Origin: Candidatus Saccharimonadota bacterium
GTDB taxonomy: Bacteria > Patescibacteriota > Gracilibacteria > BD1-5 > UBA2023
Reading direction: 5' to 3'
Length of the DNA stretch: 32,000 nucleotides
Assembly: GCA_042852035.1 (NCBI GenBank)
Contig: BAAFHK010000001.1
Span: 420,001 to 452,000, forward strand
Shown here piece after piece: positions 19,911-29,793 of the stretch. Every line of letters starts with the position of its first letter. Position 1 is the first letter of the stretch. The position numbers were made by a program, and so were the translations under genes. The notes beneath the pieces are model-generated. The model did not search any database and had not been told where the DNA came from. It was given only the letters and a program-made list of their open reading frames with translations.

Positions 19911-21959
19911 TTATGGTATTTGTGAGGCAAGAATTTTATAAGTTGTTTTTCAGTCAGGTGTAGTTTGTGGCTCAATCTTCAGTATTTCAATTTTAGTTCA
20001 TGGGAGAAAGAGTGATTCCTGTGGAGTATTTGTTTTGTTTATTTTCTGAGCAAATTGAACAAAGAATGCTAAATCAGATATATCTTTTGCCTGAGTGGCA
20101 TTTATAACTGTAATTTGATAGGTTCAATTATTCCAGAATGGTTCTGTTGGAGGATTGGAAGCGGAAGTAAACCAATCAAGGGTTTTGGTATCTCATTTTT
20201 TAAGTCATCAGAAATTGTGACTGTCTCAGATAAATTGTATAGTGTGTTGTGCTTGTGGCATTTTTTCAAGTCCGGATTGAAGAAGTTTTGCCATTTCTGA
20301 ATTTCTCAAATTTCAACTTCTCATTCACATATTTAATTCTTTATTAAAGAGTCATAAAGTATACCCATATACAGCATGTGCTTCTTCTAATGTCATTCAA
20401 TGTTTTTGAGCTGTTGATTCCACAAGAGCTTTATATTCAGGATCTGTTTTCCAGTTTTTATATTTTGTAGCTATTTTTGATTCTGGAATTCATATTTCCT
20501 GAATTGCTTTGATGTAATTTTCAGGTATTCAGAGTTTTATTAGCTCTCTTATCTGTTCTCATTTTCAGAGAGTTTCAGCAACCTTGGTTTTCACTCATTC
20601 CTGAATCTGTGGAAGTGTAGATTGAACTCTTTCAGCAGTTGCTCTTACTCACTGAGCTCAAATCTCAGTAGCAGTGGTATTTTTTGTAGCAGTGGCAGCA
20701 ATTTCTTTCATTTTTACTACTACTTGCTCTACTTCATCTATAACGTCTAGATTTACTCAATTTTTGAGTCTTTCAGGAGGAGTAATTTTTCCAGATTGTT
20801 TCATCTGCTCCAAACTGGTATCATAGAGCATCTTCTTTAGCTTTTCTTCTCAGAACTTTTCTAGAGCCCAAGCTGAAACATTAGCAGAATTAGGAGCAAC
20901 GGTTCAGAACTTGGCTTTCATATCCCTCTCAAATCCTGCCTTGGCTCATGGGATAAAAAGAAGAACATAGCCTGCAATCTTGGCTGCTTCATCCCCTCAG
21001 AAATATCTGACAGCTTCATGATATGCTCATATTTTTCAGGCATCTGCTAAGATATTTACAGCTCATTTTCCTACTTTCATGAGAGTACCATTACTAGCCT
21101 CAGTCTGTACTACTTTTACTCAGGGAACAAGTACCTTAGCAAGTCTAGAAGTATTTACAGCTTCCATAGTTCCTACTGATGCCTGAATCATTCTTTCTGA
21201 TTTTATTCATTTTGAAATCAGACCTCAAACTGGTCATGATGCTGCCATCACAAGAAGGGAATCAGTTCAGAGAAGTTCATTTCCTATTTCAGAAACATAC
21301 TTCTTCCAGATTTCCTCAGCAATGTTCATCATTTCTTGTTTTGCTATTGCCTCATGTTTTGTACCTTTGAGTTTTTCATAGAGTGGTTGAGCTAGGAGTT
21401 CTCATTTTGGAATCTTTTTTCTGAGTTCTCTGGCTTTATCCAGATAAAAATCTGCCATAGCTTCATCTGGACTTGAACTCTGTGAAGTCATAAGTCTTCA
21501 TTCAGGACTATCCAGAAATGATTTCATCAGTGGATCTTTTTGTATATCTTCCCATCTTTTTCATTCTTTCAGGGCATATTCTATTCTTGGAAGTGCTATA
21601 TTTCTCATTCCCACAAGTTCAGAGTATGCTTCTACAATATCTACTTTGGCTCATGAATTAGTATTTCCATCTCATCTGATGAGAGTAGAGAATCACCAAT
21701 AGTTTTCAGGGGTTACAAAGTTGGAAAATGAATACTCTTTTTCTCTGAGTGCTTTTACTCTTTCTTGCCAATCTTTTACTTGTTTTTGGAACTCTTCTCT
21801 CATCACTGGAAGTCTCTCTGAAAGAACCACTTTCATCTGTTTATCTGTATTAGATTCTGGTGGTCTGGATTGTTCTTTCTGAGCCTCTAATTTCTTTTGT
21901 TCTTTCAGTCTTTCTTCATAGGCTCTATCCTCACTATGTGATGATGGGTTTTCTCACAT
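19911..21959 (-). CDS. large protein with C-terminal ADP-ribosyltransferase(ART)-toxin-like domain (682 aa)
   Basis: Invisible in the standard-code track (>45 in-frame TGA). The C-terminus AHAVYGYTLGLFNKELNMGMRSG ... LEKMPQAQHTIQFIGDS ... LDWFTSAS ... TPQESLFLPGTKIEILKIE follows the ART order (Y-x-YT..N..LR.G / [YF]RG strand / STS-like / catalytic Glu + L-x-PG). The usual Arg is Ile (FIG). The N-terminus is charged coiled-coil. The middle has Gly/Ala-rich hydrophobic segments. Confidence 0.6.
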
Positions 21960-22033
21960 GAACTATTTGTATGTATATTATTAGAAATATAGATACAGAA
22001 TAGCATAATGAGGGGAAATAAGCAAAAAATGAA

Positions 22034-22612
22034 CTATTTCTTTAAGTCCATAAACTTACCATTATTTTCAGAACACTTTGACTCAAAAGAGTATGATAAT
22101 TTTCAGAATTTCATATATTCATTAATTCCAAAGAAATATTTATACTTTGGTGTTCTATTTTCCCAAGAATCTTTTATATCCTCAAATGAATGAGGATAAA
22201 GAATACTAGATAGAGATTTTAGCTTTTTCTTGTCAGAAATTCCTTTCTTATTTGGTTTGGTAAATAATGTTACCTTCTTTTCTGTATAGGCATATTTGAA
22301 TTCTATAAGTGCATAAATTTGGTCTACACACAGAGTCATTTCTAATCATTTTTCATTTTTAGACTGGTTAAAATCCACAATAGCCATATCAATTCTAGCA
22401 GAAGCATCAGTGTCTCATTTTAATATTGGATATTCACACCAAATCCTCAGACTTCATCAATCAATACAGGAGGATAAAGCCTTTCTCAAATGATAATACA
22501 TAGCTGATTGTAAAGTTCACTCTCTAACAAGAAGACTCTTGTTATAACCCTGAATTAAAAGCTCCCAAGCCTCTATGAGACTGTTATGAATAATTTTAGA
22601 TAAATCTTCCAT
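22034..22612 (-). CDS. PD-(D/E)xK-type nuclease-fold protein (192 aa)
   Basis: Motif order ...IWCEYPI ... ARIDMAIVD ... IYALIEFKY (E / D / ExK on predicted strands). Starts 16 nt after the McrC stop on the same strand. Extends track ORF 22103-22339 in both directions through TGA codons. Confidence 0.55.
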
Positions 22613-22627
22613 ACAATTTACAAGTTT

Positions 22628-23905
22628 CTAAAAAATAATACACTCATCATTTTCAAGATCATAGCTTACAGAGATGAGTTCTATGTTCTCATTATCTCCA
22701 TTATGATAATGAAATGATGGTATGCTAGGATTTAAGAAAGCATCTGTTCTAGGATATATGAGATAGAGTTTCTTGGAATGATATTTTCTAGCATAAGCAT
22801 AGAGCTGATACATATCCCCCTGAGAGATTCCATAGTTTCCAGCCTCATCATTTTCATTTATGAGCTTCCACTTTGTATCCATAATGATATTATCATTTTC
22901 AATGTATATATCTGGTTTGAGTTGAAACTTTGGCTTCTCTTTATGGTCTTCTATGAGGGAGTACTTTTTATCCTGAGTTTTTACTATCCATTCTGGTCTT
23001 TTTTCTTTGATTTTCTTGGCTACATAGTTCTCAAAAATCTTCTCCATAGGAAATAGAAGAGAAAAGGCTAAACTATTTCCAGCCATACTCACAATAGATT
23101 CTTCTCTCAGAAATATTCTTACCCAAGAAAGAGTAGGAACATAATAGGAGTGAAGTCTGGAAATATGAGAAGATTGTTCTATATCTTCCTCTATATTGCT
23201 TGATTTAGATATATCATTGAATGCTAGCAGGTATTCCTTTATTCTCTTTTTATTAGCATTATTCTTGCTGAGGGAATTGAGTTTTATAAGGGTGGATTTG
23301 ATGAGTCTATTTTCTGCCACATCCTCAGTAAATTCATCATATTCCACAGCAAATCTTTCTTTATGAAGAAAGTTCCTTCTGATATTTTCCATCACTTTGA
23401 GCCTGCCTTTGAGGAACTTTTCATTGGATTCTATGGTTATATAGTTCTTCTTAATTCCTCTTTTTATGAGAGTACTGAGTTCATCAAGGAAAGAGCCTAT
23501 AAATATCTCTAAAATAGGAAACTTCTGGGTTTTGAGATGAGCCTCATTAACATTCTTAAATGGACTATCTTTCAATGCTTTTAGCATTTTGAGAAATATC
23601 ATTCTTACTACTTTTTCATCTTGTTCTTTGTGAATCTTGGGAAGGATTTCAATAGTTGTGCCATCATGTGTCTGAATTACTCCTACATAATTTTGAGCTT
23701 TTATGATCTTGCCATATTTTTTATGAAAACTCATGGTAAGGATATTTTCTTCTCCATTATTTCATTCTGCTATGAATTTCTCCAAGTCTAAAAATGCTCT
23801 CTCTGAAATAAGAGCATTCTCAGAAGTTGGTTCTACTCATTCTTTGTTATAGAGGAATCCAAACTCTGGAATAGTGATATATGAGTTTGGACTAGTTATG
23901 CTCAT
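22628..23905 (-). CDS. mcrC: McrC-like endonuclease subunit of a McrBC type IV restriction system (425 aa)
   Basis: N-terminus ITIPEFGFLY...AQNYVGVIQTHDGTTIEILPKI. C-terminal nuclease core KPDIYIENDNIIMDTKWKLI...DMYQLYAY. The true ATG at 23905 lies 57 codons upstream of the track start and overlaps the mcrB stop by 14 nt. Confidence 0.85.
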
Positions 23906-26207
23906 AGATTTTTATATATGATGCCTCTGTAATATTTGGATTGAGTCTATATGTCACTTTGTCTTCATACTCTTCATTCTTTATTCCAAGAACTGAGTCT
24001 CTTTTAGAGACAATATCTTGAATAATCTTTTCCTCTCCTTCTTTCCATCATTGCTCTGTATGGTCTCAGAGGATTATCTGGATTTTCTCCCCATCTTCAT
24101 AGAAGTATTCTTGTAAAAGTGGAAGAATAGCTCTCTGGAATATTTCATTCAGCTTTTCTAGTGTTGGAGTGGTTTTGAGTGGAAGAAAAAATGCTTGTCC
24201 CAAAAGATGGTCTCTGTCATAGAGGAATTCTATTCTTTCATTGAGAGTGATAAAAAGCTTCTCTATATCAATATTGCCAACAGAGATTCCAGAGAGGACT
24301 CCACTCTGAGGGGACATCTCAACAAAACTAAATCTTCTTCTGAGTGCTATATCCATAAGAGCAATAGACCTATCTGTGGTATTCATTGTTCCTATGATAT
24401 AGAGATTGTTTGGTACTGTAAATTGTTCTCCTGAATATGGAAGCTTGGCAGTGATTGCTTCATTATTTCCATATCTCTTAGAGGTTTCAATAAGAGTAAT
24501 GAGTTCTCAGAATATCTTGGAAATATTTCCTCTATTAATCTCATCAATGATAAGAACATAGTTCTTTTTTCATTCATTCTTTATAGCTTTTGTGATATTA
24601 TTTTCCTCATCAAACTCTTTGAGTCTCTGATAAAGAGCAAAGAAATAATCAGCATTCCCATTAGCAACAGATTTTGAAGACCTTGAAGGTTTAATATCAT
24701 TTTTGGATTTTATCTTTCCAGAGATGAAATTGCTGTAATCTCTGAGAATTACCTTAGCACTTAATACCTGAAAAGTTTTTCCATTAGAAATATGGAATGA
24801 TTTTACAGAATCTCATTCCTTGGCAACATAGGCTATAATCCAACTTTCTTTTGTAACTCATTTTTCTCAGGGGAACAACTGAGGTCAGAGGGTGGAAACT
24901 CATTTATAATCCTGATATTGAGTTCAAAGTCCTGTGGTTTCACTTTCTTGAATATCATCAATATAGTCTGAATAATTTTTGAGTAACTCTTCAACTAATG
25001 ATTCATTATCTTCTGTTTGAGAGATGGAATAATTACTTTTTGCTGTCTCACAGACTTTCTTAAAAATTCAGGGAACAACTTCATATTTTACTTCCCCATT
25101 TTCTGTTTTAGCTTTGAGCCCTTCTATGAAATCCTCATAAGAAAAAGATTGGTGAAAAGTGGTAAATACCACTTGTCCTTTGGTTCTATATTCATTGAAT
25201 CTTCTGAGGAGTTCAGTTCTATCTTCCTGTTCTAATTCTTCTATACTTTTCTCTTCAATAATTGAAAGAGCATGATTAATAGAATGATATGTTTTTCCAG
25301 TTCATGGAGGTCAATAGAGTATTTGATTGAGAGGAGTATTTTTCATAGATTTTTGAGGAAGAGATATGATTTCAGGGGTAGGAGAGATTTTTTCTTGTTT
25401 TGATACTGGTTCTTTCTTCTCTTCCAGTGAATGCTGAACTACATAGGCAATTCTATCTGCTATGAGATTTTCTTGGAGGATTTCTTTCTCCTCAAGTGTG
25501 AGAAAATCAAAGTCAGGAGTATCTACTTCTACATAAGGTCTATAATCCTCAATTTCACTCTCAAACTGGTTCTTGAATTCCATATAATCTCCTGAGGCAT
25601 CTCCCATCTTGCTATAATCCATACTATGGTCTCAGAGAAATCTGAGAAAGTCATAGGCAATTCCATTAGAGATAAAGTTTTCCTTTTTGGTAAGATTGTA
25701 TATTCCTTCCAATTCAAATACTATTGAGCCTCATACATATTTGAGATCTTGATAGTCTGCTTTTTCAATTTTTTTTCATTCCTGAATTACTTTCAGAAGA
25801 TGAATATATTTCTCCAGAGAATTAGTGAAGTATCCCTTATACATATTAGACTTTGTGAGTCCAATACTAGTTGCAGAGTTTAGATGGAGAAATATATCAT
25901 TTTCTAGTGATTCTAAAATCAAAATAAGGGAAGGATTCTTTAGAAACTCTTTCATTTTGGTAGTAATATCTCTCCAATTAATCTGAGAAGCAAAGTAAAG
26001 TCCATCTACCTTTTTTTGAACTAATAGAAATTCATCAAGGATACTTTGATTATTTTTGATCTTTTCCCACTCATTCAAAATAGTAGTAACTCATTTTCTG
26101 ATATGGAGAAAGTTATCTACATTATGCTTATAAGAAACAGCCTTTGTAAATACATCACTTTGTCTCAGTATATCTTGAATTTGAGAAATCTTAACCTCTG
26201 AAATCAT
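23892..26207 (-). CDS. mcrB: McrB-like AAA+ GTPase subunit with unassigned ~290-aa N-terminal region (771 aa)
   Basis: Walker A ILYGPPGTGKT (both non-GKT Gly are TGA, at 25311-25313 and 25302-25304). Also FHQSFSYEDFIEG, Walker B [25 protein letters not shown], and IIGTMNTTDRSIALMDIALRRRFSFVEM. Track ORFs 24066-24386, 25311-25622 and 25776-26078 share this frame. Confidence 0.9.
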
Positions 26208-26238
26208 ACATATTTAGTGAGTGGATAAATTGTATTTC

Positions 26239-26266
26239 ATTATATCTTTTCTAGCATATTGTCCAA
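26239..26266 (-). promoter_or_regulatory. sigma70-like promoter for mcrB (TTGGAC-16 nt-TATAAT on the minus strand)
   Basis: Reverse complement of gtccaa (26261-26266) and attata (26239-26244). The -10 lies ~32 nt upstream of the ATG at 26207. Confidence 0.4.
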
Positions 26267-26282
26267 CAATATAAAACAAAAA

Positions 26283-26310
26283 TTGACTATATTTATTGAT
26301 AGCATACTAT
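26283..26310 (+). promoter_or_regulatory. divergent sigma70-like promoter (TTGACT-16 nt-TACTAT)
   Basis: ttgact 26283-26288 and tactat 26305-26310. The ATG of the downstream ORF is at 26337. Confidence 0.4.
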
Positions 26311-26336
26311 TATGAGAGTAATTTCCAATAAACCAT

Positions 26337-26786
26337 ATGTTTGATTTTTTAAATCCACTTATTAAAACTACAAAAGCATACTGTGACTTTGTGCAGGAAT
26401 GATCTCAATGACCACTTAAGGATATTGGAGGTTGGTCTCTTTTATTAAAAGTAAAATATCTTGATAGCGTGTTTCATTCATTAAGAAATGCAGGGCATGT
26501 GCAATATCAAAATAAAGAAAGAAATGAAAAATGAGAAAGATTTCCAAGTTATCATCCAATACTTACAAAGGAAGTATTGGATGATAGTTACTCTGAGATA
26601 TTGGATTACATAAATAAATATTGATTGGAAGAAATCTCAATAATTGAAGTTACACAATTTATTGTTCATTATTGAATCCAAAAACTTTACTGAGAGATAG
26701 CATATGAAAAAAATAAGGAGCAGATTATTACTGCAATAAAAAAATATCCATGGCTATGAGTAAAAAAGCCTAGTATTTATAATTAG
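26337..26786 (+). CDS. hypothetical protein (149 aa)
   Basis: Open frame with seven TGA=Gly codons and ordinary composition. No recognisable motif. Confidence 0.5.
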
Positions 26787-26856
26787 AGACTATCAAATGG
26801 CTCTTCTGATAGAAAGAAAGGATTCATATATATAAATCCTATTTGGGATAATGGAT

Positions 26857-26900
26857 AGAAATAGATAAAAGCCTCAATTATGAGGCTTTTATCTATTTCT
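26857..26900. terminator. bidirectional terminator between convergent genes
   Basis: agaaatagataaaagcctca-atta-tgaggcttttatctatttct is a perfect 20-bp stem. It overlaps the TAG (26893-26895) of the minus-strand gene. Confidence 0.75.
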
Positions 26901-27918
26901 GTGAGACTTGTTCATACAGTTCTCTAGCATTAGGATACTTTGTCATTACATCTTCCATAATGGCATCTCTTAAAGTATCTTCCTGTCACTTCTTCACTAC
27001 CACAGAAGGATTAGTAGCTCAGTTTATGAGAACATAATCAGCAAAATCATTGGCAGTATTAATAATGGCAGCATTTTTATCTAACTCTGTTTCCCAGCTT
27101 GTTTCTGATGGATTGTTTATTAGTTCCAGAGGTTTTAAATAATGTTCTTTCATTGCATTATACAGATATTGCCAGTATGACTTATTTACATATTGAGAGA
27201 ATGGTTTGATGGTATCTTCTAGCTCCTTTTGTTGTTTCTTCTTCTCAGCTAATGCTTTATTTTTGATTACTTGTTTCTTTTGAATTTCAGATTTTACATC
27301 AACCTCATTAGCTTTCTTTTGGATAAAGTCTTTTAAAGTCTTCTGAGAAACTCAGTCTTTCAAAAAATCACTCTTATATCTATTTATATCTTTCATTATT
27401 CCAGTGGTATATTCTCCCAGAGTAGTGGTAGTTTGTCATTGTTTAATTTTCACTATATTCTCTTTATATTTTGTCCAAAGTTTGTCATAAAATCTGGAAG
27501 GATTTTTCACATAAGGTTCAAATTCTTTTACTATTTTCTGGTGTTCTTCATCAGCCATACCATTTACACAAACATTCTCATAATTACTTGTATAATCTCA
27601 GGTCATCTTATATTGATTACCTCATTTTGGCTGTAAACATCAATAAGGATTTGCCTTATACTGTTCATAGAGTTTGTTTTCTTTTTCTGTATATTCCTCA
27701 TCTTTTGTCATAAGTGAATTTGGATATTTCTTATAACAAGCCATTGTAAGATGCTTATCATACATCATTCCCCATGTGGCATCCCAAGTTCAAGTCTGAG
27801 TGGACTCAATTTTAGCTGCATCAGCTAAACATTGTTGAATTGCCTTGTGAGTGGAAGCAAAGGTGGAAGCTATACAAGTTCCAGAGAGAACAAGAATACA
27901 TAAAAGTTTGTACTTCAT
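26893..27918 (-). CDS. secreted protein / possible lipoprotein (341 aa)
   Basis: Signal peptide MKYKLLCILVLSGTCIAS followed by a K/E-rich mature region. Open with TGA=Gly. The standard-code track shows no ORF on this strand here. Confidence 0.6.
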
Positions 27919-27949
27919 AGAATGGAAAGTTAAAAAATATTACAAGGAT

Positions 27950-28126
27950 TTATTCTCAAAAAGTTCAATCTTCTTTAATCCAATCTAGTGGAATTCATGG
28001 ATCATAATCAGCAGGATTATATTCTTGAATTTCAGTATTTACTTCCTCATCTCATACAGCATTCAAGATTGAATAAAAAGAAATGAAAGAAGAGAGAATA
28101 AAGAGCAATAGGAGAGATTTTTTCAT
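27950..28126 (-). CDS. small secreted acidic peptide (58 aa)
   Basis: MKKSLLLLFILSSFISFYSILNA signal-like N-terminus followed by an acidic tail. Short, so uncertain. Confidence 0.35.
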
Positions 28127-28133
28127 AATTTGA

Positions 28134-29048
28134 TTAATTATTTCAGTTATAAAACATCACATTGGTTCATTGGGTACTTTGCATCTTAAAGGCATCATAA
28201 TACTGCTTATTTAGTAGTTGAAAATCAGAATATACTCTTCATTGCTTCTTGCTTAGATCATTTCTGTACTTGATATACATATTATTCCTATCTTTTAGTA
28301 TCCAGAGAGTATCTGATTGATATTTAATAGCATTTAGATTTGCATCCAATACTAGTTTAGTATAGCCTATCTCTGTAGAAGTGGCATTAGGAAATATTTG
28401 AGGAAGTTCTTTATAGGCTCTCTCAAGAAAATTTCTATAACTTATAATACTTTTTAGCTTTTTTTCTGCCATTGTTAGTGCCTCAGTATACTGTTCATCA
28501 GAGAATTTCTGAAAGTTATACTTGTCATCTTTTTCATCCATATCTAAATATGGAGACCAAGCATTTGATATGGAACAGAAGTCCTCAAATTTTGGCATAT
28601 TCACTCTTGCTATAAGATTCATTGCATCATTGATTGTTTTTGCTCATTCTGGAATTTTAATAGAATTATTATCATAATTCTCAGGACATTCCTTTTCATC
28701 TGTAAGAGTATCTTTTTGAGCTTCATTATTCTTTGAAGTAATTGGTTCTTCATTTCTTGAAGATTGAACATTAGATGAAGTTTCAGTTTTTACCTGACCA
28801 CTGGATGCACTATTCCCAATAATAGCTAACCAGAATGTTGGAGAGATCAATAATGACACAAGTGAAAGAATAATAGCCACTATTCATAGAGTTCTTTTTT
28901 CTCAGAATATACCAATGACTCAACACAAAATACCAAGACCAATAATCATGAATCATCATAGAAGAACTGGAACAAAGAAAGATATTATCCCCAGTATAAT
29001 GGCTAAGATAGCAGAGATATTTAAGAGACTTTTAGTAGCTTTATTCAT
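28134..29048 (-). CDS. multi-pass membrane protein with extracytoplasmic C-terminal domain (304 aa)
   Basis: Three N-terminal hydrophobic helices (ILAIILGIISFFVPVLLGGFMIIGLGILCGVIGIF ... IVAIILSLVSLLISPTFWLAII), then a polar linker and a globular region. Joins track ORFs 28644-28880 and 28239-28622 through TGA. Confidence 0.6.
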
Positions 29049-29056
29049 ACAATAAA

Positions 29057-29089
29057 AAGGGTTAGTTATTTGGAATATACCTAACCCTT
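29057..29089. terminator. hairpin in a divergent intergenic region (terminator-like on the minus strand)
   Basis: aagggttag-15 nt-ctaaccctt, with a T-rich tail on the minus strand. It sits upstream of the start of 28134-29048, so it would terminate a transcript originating in 29.1-29.4 kb. Confidence 0.4.
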
Positions 29090-29107
29090 AGAAATTATTT
29101 TAAGCAA

Positions 29108-29199
29108 AAATAAAAGGAGTGTTATATCCAAATGTATATTGCTTACATACACAATCTTTGTGCATCCAATAAAGGAGGTGATATAACACTCCTTTATTT
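29108..29199. repeat. long inverted repeat (~19 bp arms, 53-nt spacer)
   Basis: aaataaaaggagtgttatat (29108-29127) pairs with atataacactcctttattt (29181-29199). Spacer segment gcttacatacaca (29141-29153) is complementary to tgtgtatgtaagc (29246-29258). Confidence 0.6.
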
Positions 29200-29376
29200 C
29201 TAGATGCTCAAAAATGGCATTAAAAAAAGATGCAATTCTTTGAGATGTGTATGTAAGCCTTGCTATTGTAGCTGCGGTTTCATTTTTAGCAAATATTTTC
29301 TTCCTCAGGAGGAATAAAAATAGCTTCTGTTTCAAGAAAAGTCCCCATAGATAAAAAGAAATAAGAATCACAATAT

Positions 29377-29443
29377 AACTCTCTCAGATAAAAGATAAAT
29401 GTAGTACAAGTCTCCACATTTACTTTTCTTTTTTTAGAGAGTT
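29377..29443 (+). promoter_or_regulatory. extended hairpin with conserved loop AGTACAAGTCTCC (copy 2)
   Basis: Outer stem aactctct/agagagtt, middle stem aaaag/ctttt, inner stem aaatgt/acattt. The 13-nt loop is at 29403-29415. A T-rich run follows. The element ends 35 nt before the ATG at 29479. Confidence 0.5.
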
Positions 29444-29478
29444 CTTTTTCATTGTGCTTATTTCCTAATTTTTATCAT

Positions 29479-29793
29479 ATGAAAAGCATTTCCATTTATT
29501 GAAACAACATCTCTTTTAACTTTTCACTTCCTCTGGAGGAAACATGATATATCTGAGAAGATTTTAACTACAAAAATAAAACAGCATATGCTACTCTATG
29601 AATCCATGATCTTATCATAGCTGATTCTGATATTCTCCTTCAACTGATTGTTTGAACTATTTTTCAAGCATTTTATAGTGAAGCTCAAAAGAATAAGTTG
29701 GATTACCTCCAAGTTCTTGTTATTAATAACATAGAAGTGTGGTGTATAGATAATGGAGATAGCATCTGTATTATGTTAAAAGAGGAATATTAA
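29479..29793 (+). CDS. small hypothetical protein (104 aa), first gene of the Hsp70 cluster
   Basis: Open with five TGA=Gly codons: MKSISIYGNNISFNF...HDLIIADSDILLQLIVGTIFQAF...VWCIDNGDSICIMLKEEY. No recognised domain. Confidence 0.5.

Noticed and set aside
22778-23056. Track ORF 22778-23056(+), 92 aa
   Set aside because: It is antisense within mcrC, with an Ile/Phe/Leu-rich product typical of antisense frames in AT-rich DNA.
29108-29199. Inverted repeat upstream of the Hsp70 operon as a CIRCE (HrcA) operator
   Set aside because: CIRCE is TTAGCACTC-N9-GAGTGCTAA. Here the arms are different (GGAGTGTTATAT) and the spacer is 53 nt.
29204-29317. 37-aa Cys-rich micro-ORF MLKNGIKKRCNSLRCVCKPCYCSCGFIFSKYFLPQEE
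   Set aside because: It is too short to support from sequence alone and lies in a structure-rich non-coding region. It is mentioned only as something ribosome profiling could test.
29081-29418. Minus-strand ORF (96 aa in the track, extendable to 112 aa from the ATG at 29418), ending at a terminator-like hairpin
   Set aside because: The product is dominated by F/L/I/K runs. The ORF would have to encode both arms of a 19-bp inverted repeat and part of the conserved-loop hairpin. The terminator at its 3' end keeps a small doubt alive, so I did not list it as a feature.
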